Part shown: piece after piece, positions 15,147 to 28,907 of the stretch
How positions within the stretch are numbered: position 1 is the first letter of the stretch
Layout of the letters: each line of letters opens with the position of its first letter
Assembly: GCA_964016885.1 (NCBI GenBank)
Contig: CAXHJY010001192.1
Span: 1 to 57,547, forward strand
Reading direction: 5' to 3'
DNA from: Eledone cirrhosa
Taxonomy: Eukaryota
DNA length: 57,547 bases
Notes under the pieces: model-generated
What the model was told of the DNA's origin: nothing
Databases searched by the model: none
Seen by the model: the letters and a program-made list of their open reading frames with translations, nothing else
Translations under genes and position numbers: made by a program

Positions 15147-16070
15147 ATCATCATCATCATCATCATCACCGTTTTACGTCCGTTCTTCCACGCTAGCATG
15201 GGTTAGACGGGTTGTCCTGTTGTGGGCAGTGTCTGGTCGGCTGACCATGCCTTGCTCATACAGGAACTGATCTGGCTTGATTTCTACAGCTGGATGCCCT
15301 TCCTAACACCAACCTCATTTACAGTGAGTGCTGGGTGCTTTTTCGTGGCGCCTACACGTCCACTTTACAGTGTGGGCTGGGTGCTTTTTTGCCGTGGCAC
15401 CTCCACGACCACCTTGCGGTGGGGGGGGGGGGGGCATATTGTTTATATGCTTCAGCATGTACCCATGGGAGGTCGGGTACCCTGTATTACTGCGTGACGC
15501 CAGAAGTCACGGTCGTGTGTCATTGACTTTGAGAGGTGTAGTTGGGTAAGGTCGGCTTTTATCAACTCATCCCAAGTCATCTTGGGTCTCCCCACTCCGC
15601 GGTTTCCATCAACTTCTAGTGCTCTGCACCTTTTTATGCAGCTGTCATCCTTCATACGCATCACATGTCCATACCAGCGTAACCGCCTCTCCTGCACGCA
15701 GCATTTGATTCCTCTTATGCTCAGTCTCTCTCTCAATTCATTTATGCTTTGTCGTTCACGTATATTACTGTTACACATCCATCGGAGCATGCAGGCTTCG
15801 TTTCTCTCTAATCTACGTAAGTCTTCCACCTTCAGCGCCCAGGTCTCACTACCATGCAACATCGCTGTTCGGATACACGCATCATACAGTCTGCCTTTCA
15901 TTCTGAGGGAGAAGCCTTTTGCAGCTAGCAGTGGTAGTAGTTCCCTAAACTTCTTCCATCCCGTTCTTACCCTAGTTATTGTACTTTCTGAGCACCCACC
16001 TCCGTTGCTAATTCGGTCACCTAGGTAGCAGAAGCTGTCTACTGTTTCTACAGGGCCCTCCCAGAGATTG
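15147..16070 (-). mobile_element. RTE family A 3' fragment
   Basis: Matches 28908-29806 (NLWEGP..RPPMGTC* plus UTR) and has a (CAT)n tail. Confidence 0.94.
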
Positions 16071-16089
16071 TATATATATATATATATAT

Positions 16090-16318
<229 letters not shown>

Positions 16319-16335
16319 TATACATGTATATATAT

Positions 16336-17494
16336 GCTTTTACCTATTGAAAATAATAACTCTGAACTAAATAGAAAAAGAAAACAAATTATACAATTTT
16401 TTAATTACCTTAATCTAAAAATAGAAATAGAGAATAACCATAGAATAGTCAATTTCCTAGATGTAACACTAAATCTCAACACATGCCTTCACTATCCATT
16501 TCACAAACTAAATGAAAACTTGAATTATGTCAGTTTTAACTCTAATCACCCCAGATCTGTTAAAAACACTATAGTGAACTCTGTTCAAGAAAGTATCTCA
16601 AGAATTTCATCTAATAAAAATATTTTCGACGAAAAAGCGCAGTATTACAATGAAGCGTTAGCTAGAGCAGGATATAGTGATAAAATTATGTACATCGATA
16701 ATAATAGGCAAACTAACCAATATAACAACAATTTTAATTACGGTAACAACTTTAACAACTATAATAGAAAACATTACAATAATTCTAAAAGCCAGAAAAG
16801 AAATAGAACTAGAAATATAATATGGTTTGCCCCCCCCCCTTTCTCACTAAATATTAAAACCCACATTGCTAAACTATTTTTTAGTGCTCTTGACAAACAC
16901 TTCCCTAGAACACATAAATATCACTCAATTTTTAATAGACATACTATAAAATTAACTTACTCGTCCACCAAAAACTTAGCACAAAATATTAACAGAATAA
17001 ATAATAGGAATCTAAAACCTAGCCAAAATACCGATAATAGCCTAAACAATATTCAATTAAACAACTGTAACTGTAGAAATAAATCTAAATGTCCGCTAAA
17101 TAACAATTGCTTAGTTAAAAATATAATATACACTTGTAATGTTAAAACTGACTTAAATTCTTTTAACTATGTTGGTTCCTCCTCGACAGAATTTAAACTT
17201 CGCTATAATAATCATAAGAATTCTTTCACAGATCCAGGCAAAAAATCTTCAACTTCACTATCAGGCTTACTCTGGCAACTTAAACATGATAACGTTGGAT
17301 ATTCGTTGTTTTGGAATATAGTCTCAAGAGGGATTCCTTTTAATTCCTCATCTGAGACATGTGACCTCTGCGTGGAGGAGATATTCTTTATATTAAAATC
17401 TAAAAATCCCCTTAATCTAAGGACCAATTTATTCAGTTGCTGCAGACATAGATTGAACTCAACGTTTAAATATAAATATAAATTTAAAATGTAG
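16336..17494 (+). mobile_element. Penelope-like element 3, 5'-truncated (RT C-terminal part + GIY-YIG), same type as PLE2
   Basis: [44 protein letters not shown]. The upstream part of the called ORF is only (TA)n. Confidence 0.9.
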
Positions 17495-18009
17495 TATATT
17501 TAGTTAAGATATTTATTTAATTAATTATGAAAACTGACGATAAATCTTTCGATTCCTTCAACTTTTTCTTTTTTAAACCTTCTTCATAAATATATACTAA
17601 TGATGTAATTAAACTACCCTAAAATGTTGATGCTCCCAACCTATTGAATAAATTTTACGCTAGATAAACTTCTATACTAAATATAAGAGCATCTGTAGAA
17701 CAACAGGGTCTCCTAAATCTTTTAAATGATTTCTGCTAAATAAGTCTTGTTGAATAATTTTGTTTTTTGTTTGCTCTTGATTCTGATTGCTTCTAATGAA
17801 CTTGGCAATATATTGTCAGATAAATTGGAAGGGTTGATTTCTGTGGTTGATATGGGGGGCATACTGTGTTCTTTTAAGGCCCTAGACACTCTAGGGAGTG
17901 ATGAAAGTATTCTTAGCGTTTTGATATATTGATATCTGTTGTCTATTCTATACATGAACGATAATCATGTATGTGAGGGCAGGAATATTAATATTTTTAT
18001 GTATGTGTA

Positions 18010-19048
18010 TGCAAACAATGGGTACACAAGAGATGTAGCGGGATCTCAGGAAGCTTAATTAAGAATGTAGGATTCACATGCAGCAGCTGTGCTGAAACAG
18101 CAAGCAAACAGCCACAGGAAACAAGTACCACCAATCTCTGGGAGGGCCCTGTAGAAACAGTAGACAGCTTCTGCTACCTAGGTGACCGAATTAGCAACGG
18201 AGGTGGGTGCTCAGAAAGTACAATAACTAGGGTAAGAACAGGATGGAAGAAGTTTAGGGAACTACTACCACTGCTAGCTGCAAAAGGCTTCTCCCTCAGA
18301 ATGAAAGGCAGACTGTATGATGCGTGTATCCGAACAGCGATGTTGCATGGTAGTGAGACCTGGGCGCTGAAGGTGGAAGACTTACGTAGATTAGAGAGAA
18401 ACGAAGCCTGCATGCTCCGATGGATGTGTAACAGTAATATACGTGAACGACAAAGCATAAATGAATTGAGAGAGAGACTGAGCATAAGAGGAATCAAATG
18501 CTGCGTGCAGGAGAGGCGGTTACGCTGGTATGGACATGTGATGCGTATGAAGGATGACAGCTGCATAAAAAGGTGCAGAGCACTAGAAGTTGATGGAAAC
18601 CGCGGAGTGGGGAGACCCAAGATGACTTGGGATGAGGTGATAAAAGCCGACCTTACCCAACTACACCTCTCAAAGTCAATGACACACGACCGTGACTTCT
18701 GGCGTCACGCAGTAATACAGGGTACCCGACCTCCCATGGGTACATGCTGAAGCATATAAACAATATGCCCCCCCCCCCACCGCAAGGTGGTCGTGGAGGT
18801 GCCACGGCAAAAAGCACCCAGCCCACACTGTAAAGTGGACGTGTAGGCGCCACGAAAAAGCACCCAGCACTCACTGTAAATGAGGTTGGTGTTAGGAAGG
18901 GCATCCAGCTGTAGAAATCAAGCCAGATCAGTTCCTGTATGAGCAAGGCATGGTCAGCCGACCAGACACTGCCCACAACAGGACAACCCGTCTAACCCAT
19001 GCTAGCGTGGAAGAACGAACGTAAAACGGTGATGATGATGATGATGAT
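18010..19048 (+). mobile_element. RTE family A 3' fragment
   Basis: Starts at KQWVHKRC, is colinear with the long family A copy, and has a (GAT)n tail. Confidence 0.94.
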
Positions 19049-19838
19049 ATATAGTAAAATCTTTTATAATGCAAGGCAAACATTTTTTCATGTGAAATAA
19101 GAAATTACAGAGTTGATCACGTATGTTCACGTGTATATCTATAGTGTCAACTAGAACTTGAGATGACCTTCTCTTTTTCTTTTTCTCTTTCTTTCTTTTT
19201 CCGGTAAGTACATATATACTTATGTATTTTGAAGTTTTATCTCGGGTTTTGATATATAGACCTAAGAATTTTTAAACTAAACATATGGTCATTATTTTTC
19301 ACACATTATATATCTATGTCTCATTCATGAATATTGATATTTAGAGTATAATACCCAATTCATATGAATTGATAATTCAAAATGATGGGACATAACGTAA
19401 AGTTGTAAATCTGTCATCCTTCTCTCTAGATATAGCTTTCTTCTCCTCCCTCTATACATGATGTAATCTAAGTATCGCTGTTTTCTCTTTAGTTATTTTT
19501 TATTTATCTCCGTCTCCTTAACACTATAACTAAATAAATAAATAAATAAATAAATAATTACAGTACTCCCTCCCTCCTAAATCTCTCAATTTGTATGATG
19601 ATTATTATTATTCATCTGTTACCTCAGCTGCCTCTCATTTTTCACCTCCTCACTATTTCTCTCTCCCATATCTCTGTTTTTCTTTACATACATTTATTCC
19701 TTCTCTACGTCTTTCTTTCTAACTGTGCTTAACACTAAATATTTACAAACATTTCACTACCAAACCAACTTTTTTAAATGGAAGTTGATCAATATTTTAT
19801 GGTACGTCAAATTTATTTATAAAACTGCTTATATATTG

Positions 19839-19904
19839 TATTTTATCTGAAGAAGGCATGCCATATTTTTAATATGGTATCCCTGAAATATGTATAATAA
19901 AATA
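19839..19904 (+). ncRNA. Minimal type-I hammerhead ribozyme (family H1)
   Basis: tattttat-CTGAAGA-aggcatgccata..tatggtatccct-GAAA-tatgtata-ataaaata. Flanks are homologous to 8571-8710. Confidence 0.82.
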
Positions 19905-19956
19905 AATATGGTTTTATAAATATAGTTTCCATTTGTTTAATATCGTATATACATAT

Positions 19957-20004
19957 ATGCAAGCGTGGAACACGGACGCTAAACCTGATGATGATGATGA
20001 TGAT
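19957..20004 (+). mobile_element. RTE family B terminal ~45 bp with (GAT)n
   Basis: atgcaagcgtggaacacggacgctaaacc(tga)n, the same as 57009-57050. Confidence 0.8.
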
Positions 20005-21126
<1,122 letters not shown>

Positions 21127-21127
21127 C

Positions 21128-21833
21128 AAGAAATCAAGAGATAAATCAAAGAAAAGAATTTTATTGATAAATTCAAACCCAAGCTAAATGAACAATAATA
21201 TCGCTTAGGGGTATTACTTCTACTATGACTACAACCACTAACAACAACAATAATAATAATAATAAAAGTGATGTTGATGGTGATGATTAATAGTAAATGC
21301 TATTTTCATCATTTCTAAAAATAGCAAAACAATTGATGCTTTGGATATGATTAATTATTGGTCGTTAGACATGCTCAACCAGCCGTGACGCTTAAACCAA
21401 TCAGCTTTAGTAATTCAGTGAAACTACATGCTGATTGGTCGAAATACAGTTTGCAGGATTTAGCATTCTGGAGCCACTTTTCCCTGTATAAAATGTATCA
21501 TGACGCTTAAACCAATCAGCTTTAGTAATTCAGTGAAACTACACACTGATTGGTCGAAATACAGTTTGCAAGATTTAGCATACTGGAGCCACTTTTCCTG
21601 TATAAAATGTATAAAAGGTAGAAAATTTACCCATCTTATTACAGTTGAAAATTGCAAACTTGACTGTCACCACATATTATGAACCTGAAGATTGCGAAAG
21701 CATGAAAGTACTTGTTCAATTAACACTTAGAATTTAATATTCTATCATACTATTTCATTATAATACCATTATAAATTTTAAACGATTGTAAATAAAACGA
21801 GTAAATCAGACAAAGTTGGAATTCCTCTTATTA
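21128..21833 (+). mobile_element. 3' remnant of a further PLE (last GIY-YIG codons + pLTR-like region)
   Basis: One frame reads [16 protein letters not shown], like a GIY-YIG C-terminus. It is followed by a ~115-bp tandem duplication, a hammerhead and AATAAA, with (TA)n on both sides. Confidence 0.7.
21680..21718 (+). ncRNA. 39-nt minimal hammerhead ribozyme
   Basis: tgaac-CTGAAGA-t-tgc-gaaa-gca-t-GAAA-gtac-TT-gttca. Stem I tgaac/gttca, GNRA-capped stem II, palindromic stem III AGTACT. Confidence 0.85.
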
Positions 21834-21836
21834 ATA

Positions 21837-21872
<36 letters not shown>

Positions 21873-21932
21873 CATATATATACATATACATACATACATA
21901 TACATATACATACATATACATACATATATATA

Positions 21933-22909
21933 CATCATCATCATCATCAACGTTTAACGTCCGTGTTCCACGCTTGCATGGGTTTGGACGGGGGTAGTCC
22001 CACTTGAGGCAAGAGTGATTGTCTTGCTCGCATAGGACTGTCTGGCAGGTTTTCTACAGTTGGATGCCCTTCCTAACACCAACCACATTTACAGTGTGGG
22101 TCTGCGAGGTTTTTACCGTGTTGCCTACACGGCCACATTACAGCGTGGACTGTGTGTTTTTTTGTCGTGACACCTACACGATCTCATTTGTTTCGGCCTA
22201 CACGATCTCATTTGTTTCGGCCTGGATAGTGTGGCACCAACATAACTTTACATAGAACGGGGTGGTGTGGATGGGGTGGGTGTGGTGGTGGTGGGACGGG
22301 GTGTATTTTGTTAGAGATGCCTACTGGTTGGAGTAGGTTTTACTATATATTTAGGTAAGGCGGGTCTTCTCTGTTACTGAGTACCGCCAAAGGTCTCGGT
22401 CCAGTGACATTGTCTTGGAGAGGTGTAAGTGTGTGATGTCGGAGTTTATCAGCTCGTCCCAGGTTTTTCTAGGTCTGCCTATTCCGTGACTACCGTCTAT
22501 CTTTATTGCCCTGCACTTTGTTATACAGCTATCGACTTTCATGCGCATCACGTGTCCATACCAACGTAGCCTTCTCTCGAGTAAACAACATCTGATCCCT
22601 CTTATCTCTAATTTTTTCCTTAGTTCGTTTATGCTTTGCTGTTCACGTATATTACTGTTACACATCCAGCGGAGCATGCAAGCTTCGTTCCTCTCTAGTC
22701 TGCATATATCCTCTGCACACAATGCCCAGGTCTCACTGCCATGCAGCATTGCTGTTCATATGCAGGCATCGTACAACCTGCCTTTCATTTTTCGGGAGAA
22801 CCCTTTAGCAGCTAATAGTGGTATAAGCTCTCTGAACTTTTTCCAACCATTTCTGACTCTAGCTACAGTACTTTCAGAGCACCCTCCCCCACTGCTGATT
22901 TTATCGCCC
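21933..22909 (-). mobile_element. RTE family B 3' fragment
   Basis: GDKISSGGG..EKTRLT* plus UTR and (CAT)n tail, with a small internal duplication at ~22173-22223. Confidence 0.93.
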
Positions 22910-23130
22910 ATGTGTGTTGGATGAACGCAACATGTGTGTTGGATGAACATGGCCTTTTCTTTTTTCTTTTGCTGTAGCATATGCAGAAAGGAACCTAAGT
23001 CCTTAACAGGGCTAAAAAGTCTATTTATGTCACTCGTGTGAGAAAAAGGTCAAAGGATGGCAATTCTCAAAAATTAAGATGCAGCCATTATGTATGTATG
23101 TATGAGTATATATATGTGTGTGTGTATATA

Positions 23131-23340
23131 TCACCATCATCAGCATTTAACATCCCCATTTCAACACTAGCATGGGTTAGACAAGATGTCTCCTTGTGAG
23201 ACAAGTCAGATCAGGCGCCCATGTCTTGCTCATACAGAACTGTTTGAGGCTTGGTTTCTATGGCTGGATGCCCTTCTTGACACCAACCACATTTACTCCG
23301 TGGACTGGGTGCTTTTTATGATGGCACCAATATGACCAAC
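23131..23340 (-). mobile_element. Older diverged RTE 3' UTR or RTE-tailed SINE
   Basis: Shares gcatgggttagac and ctggatgcccttc..caccaacc with the RTE 3' UTRs. Confidence 0.7.
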
Positions 23341-24096
23341 TGACATGTATATATGTATCTGTATCTATTGCTGTATGTATAAATGTATGTATTTATTCAG
23401 GTATGTATGTATGTGTGTATCTATTTGTGTATGTATGTATGTGTGTATCTATTTGTGTATGTATGTATATACACATATGTGTATGAACATATGAAAGAGA
23501 AAGAGAAAAGAGACTGCCAGGCTCGAGGTACTGAATACTGATCAAAAAACGAAAATACGGAATGATTGTTGAAATGAGAAGATGACTTTGTTTGGAACTT
23601 TGGAAATGTCTCTAGTTAATATGGTACATTGCGTGATGACATATAAAAGAAAAAATAGTAATGGAAGGGAAATTAAATGAAAAATATTGAAATAGTCTTT
23701 TTAACTGATTTCTTCAAATGTCCTAATAATAAATACTATAAAAACAAACAGATGGAGATTTCATTTCCAAGATTATCAATATGTGAAAAGAGCCACAATA
23801 AAAGCAAAATAAAAATAAAAATATCAATTGGTCAATTTATATCCTATTTTATAGGACTTTAAGCCAATATGTTTCTTTTACACACATATATATATATACA
23901 CATAGATATACATATAGATATAGATATACATATATACACATAGATATACATATACATATATACACATATATATATATATATATATAGATATACATATATA
24001 CATAGATATACATATATATATATACATAGATATACATATATATAGATATACATATATATATATATACATAGATATACATATATATAGATATACATA

Positions 24097-24794
24097 TCAT
24101 CATCATCAACGTTTAACGTCCGTGTTCCACGCTTGCATGGGTTTGGACGGGGGTAGTCCCACTTGAGGCAAGAGTGATTGTCTTGCTCGCATAGGACTGT
24201 CTGGCAGGTTTTCTACAGTTGGATGCCCTTCCTAACACCAACCACATTTACAGTGTGGGTCTGGGAGGTTTTTACCGTGTTGCCTACACGGCCACATTAC
24301 AGCGTGGACTGTGTGTTTTTTGTCGTGACACCTACACGATCTCATTTGTTTCGGCCTCGAAGGCGCGGCACCAACATAACTTTACATAGAACGGGGTGGT
24401 GTGGATCGGGTGGGGGTGGGGGTGGTGGGACGGGGTGTATTTTGTTAGAGATGCCTACTGGCTGGAGTAGGTTTTACTATATATTTAGGTAAGGCGGGTC
24501 TTCTCTGTTACTGAGTACCGCCAAAGGTCTCGGTCCAGTGACATTGTCTTGGAGAGGTGTAAGTGTGTGATGTCGGAGTTTATCAGCTCGTCCCAGGTTT
24601 TTCTAGGTCTGCCTATTCCGTGACTACCGTCTATCTTTATTGCCCTGCACTTTGTTATACAGCTATCGACTTTCATGCGCATCACGTGTCCATACCAACG
24701 TAGCCTTCTCTCGAGTAAACAACATCTGATCCCTCTTATCTCTAATTTTTTCCTTAGTTCGTTTATGCTTTGCCGTTCACGTATATTACTGTTA
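24097..24794 (-). mobile_element. RTE family B 3' fragment
   Basis: [14 protein letters not shown] plus UTR and (CAT)n. Confidence 0.93.
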
Positions 24795-25908
<1,114 letters not shown>

Positions 25909-28748
25909 TGGCAGAAGAAAGGGCGGAACTGCCATTTATGTCCATAATTCTTTCTCAACAGAGGCTATGAACATATTCACTAATGGATACTGTGAGGCAG
26001 TCACTGTATTCAGTCAAACCAACAACCTATTAGTAGTTGGGCTCTATAGGCCACCCCAAACGCCTGTACCATGCTTCAAGGAATGCCTCAACAGCATAAA
26101 GTGTTTCATCCAAGAGTGTCACCCTGACAACATCTTAATGATGGGGGACTTCAACCTCCCCGGAGTTGACTGGTCCACAAACACCCTGCCACCAGGTTCT
26201 TCTGCCTCAACCTCTGACAGGGAAGCTGTGGAATCGCTTCTTGACTTCATGGATGATTTCTTCCTATCCCAACTAGTGCTCGAACCAACGAGGTGCCACA
26301 AAAACGTCCTAGACTTAATTTTCAGCAATCACACTGACAATATCCACAATATTGCAGTGGAGAAAACTCTACTCTCTGATCATGACATGGTTCTCTGTGA
26401 TCTGAGATTCCACCGTCCAATATACAAACCCAATGTCATCTCTCCTGTCCATCCGTTTGACGCTATGGATTTCCACAATGCAAACTGGGAAGCGATCAGT
26501 CATGATCTTGCACATGTCGACTGGTCCTTCACGCACACTCATACACCCACTAACATCAAAAAGTCCTGGCAGACATTTGTGGACACTGTTACAAACATAT
26601 GTGCTAAACACACCCCATTAAGAACTATAAACAAATCTAAGAGCAGAATCCCTAGAAATAGAAAAACGCTCATCAGAAAAATTAAGAGAACGAACAAAAA
26701 AATCAACAAGCTGAAATACTGTCAGCAGCAACACATCAACTTGACTGCCATTTCATCACTAGAGATTAAAAAACATAACCTCCAAAACAACATAATGTCC
26801 CTCATCAACAATCAGAGAAGAGCTGAAGAGGCCTGGGCCATTGAGAAGATCAAACTCAATCCCAAAGTGTTCTTTTCATTTGCAAAAAAACACAAAATCA
26901 CTGGCTCTACTGTTGGCCCTCTAATTGATGAAAATGGCACTCTTCAAGACAATGCTAAAACCATGGGTGAGATACTGCAGAAACAATACTGCTCTGTTTT
27001 CAGCAATCCTGATATGGCCGATCTGGGCTGTATCGGCGATGTTACTCCCCATTACACCTTATCGGACATAACGTTTGGCGCCCCTGATGTCTTGGCGGCA
27101 ATAAAGGAAATCAAGCATAATTCAGCAGTAGGTCCCGATAGGTTCCCTGCTTGTGTCTTGAAGGCGTGTCAACACCAACTTGCTTCTCCTCTTGCCAATT
27201 TGTGGCGGAACTCACTGGATGCTGGATATGTGCCAGAAAACCTTCTATCCCAGTCTGTTGTCCCAGTTTTCAAAAAGGGAAACAAATCCCTTGCCGTGAA
27301 TTACCGTCCAATCTCACTCACCTCTCATATCATTAAGGTATTTGAGCGAGTGGTGAGATCGCGAATGACCCACTTCCTTGAGAGTAACAATATGCTGAAC
27401 TCCAACCAGCATGGATTCCGTAATGGAAGGGATTGCCTGACGCAACTACTGCATCACTTTGATGACATTTTGAGAGCCTTGGGAGAGGGTTCCAACACTG
27501 ATGTTATCTACCTTGATTTCAGCAAGGCCTTTGACAGGGTTGATCATAACATTCTACTGAGAAAGCTGTCCAATATTGGTGTCACTGGAAAGCTGCTGCA
27601 GTAGATCAAGAGCTTCCTGTCAAACAGAACCCAACATGTTGTAGTTGAGGGAGTCAAATCAAGCCCAGCCAAAGTCAGTAGTGGAGTCCCACAAGGCACT
27701 GTGTTGGGCCCACTTCTCTTCATCATCTATATTAATGACATCACTGACATCATCAAACACAGCAACATTAAAATTTTCGCTGATGATTCCAAGCTCCAAA
27801 AGGTCATCAATGGCGTGGATGACCGGATAAGCCTTCAGTCAGACCTACTGGCTGTTACCCAATGGGCAGAAAAGAACAACATGTTACTGAACGAAGACAA
27901 ATTCGAACTGATCCACTTTGGAAAAGAGGATGCTCTGAAACTCCCGTACTCCCTTCCCTCCGGGGAAACTCTCGTGGCATCTAACAACATCAGAGACTTG
28001 GGAGTAACCGTGGACAGCAACATAAGCTGGACCACGCATATAAGCAGCAAAGTTGACATGGCCCGCAGAATGTGTTCCTGGATCCTCAGAACCTTCCAGT
28101 CGAGAGATTCCCGCACCATTATCCTTCTCTTCTCTACTTTAGCCCGACCACACCTTGAATACTGTTGTCCACTGTGGTCTCCCCACACGAAACAAAGTAT
28201 CATGAAACTTGAAGCTCCTCAAAGGGCAATCACGAAAAAGATAGATGGCATGTCAGACCTTGACTACTGGGGTCGATTGGAAAACCTGAAACTTTACTCA
28301 CTCCAACGTCGCCGTGAGCGTTATATTATCTGCATGATGTGGAAAATGTTCCATCATCACTGCCCAAATGATGTTGGCATCGCCTTCAAGATACACCCAA
28401 GGCTTGGGCCCCGTGCTATCCGTCCCATTCAAAAATCTAAATCGCAACTCATAACAACAATACGGCACAATTATTTCACCTCAATCGGCCCTGCTCTCTT
28501 CAACATCACACCAGGACACGTCAAAACAGAAACTGACCACACAAAATTCAAGAAGTCTTTGGACAAATTCCTCCAAGTAATCCCGGACAAACCACCCACA
28601 CCCGGATATGTCTCCGCAAACAGTAATTCTCTTCTCGAATGGGCCATGGTGCCCAAATCCTGAATTGAAAGACTTCGCCAGGTGGTGCTATTAAGTTAGA
28701 CATGGCCTGGGCCAATACTGGCCAAAACATTTCAAAGTTATTCAAAGT

Positions 28749-28750
<2 letters not shown>
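25909..28750 (+). mobile_element. CR1/L2-group LINE, 5'-truncated; ORF2 (APE+RT) to 28663 with one TAG at 27602-27604
   Basis: GGTAIYV, YRPP, GDFN, LDL, SDH (APE); [28 protein letters not shown] (RT). ORFs 24770-27604 and 27701-28663 are in the same frame. The 3' end is a short tandem repeat (ttcaaagtta)x2. Confidence 0.9.
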
Positions 28751-28790
<40 letters not shown>

Positions 28791-28791
28791 C

Positions 28792-28822
<31 letters not shown>

Positions 28823-28907
28823 TACATATATATATATATATATACATACATATATATATACATATACATATATATGGTGGCTGCCAACTCGTTTTCTAGT
28901 ACGGCAA

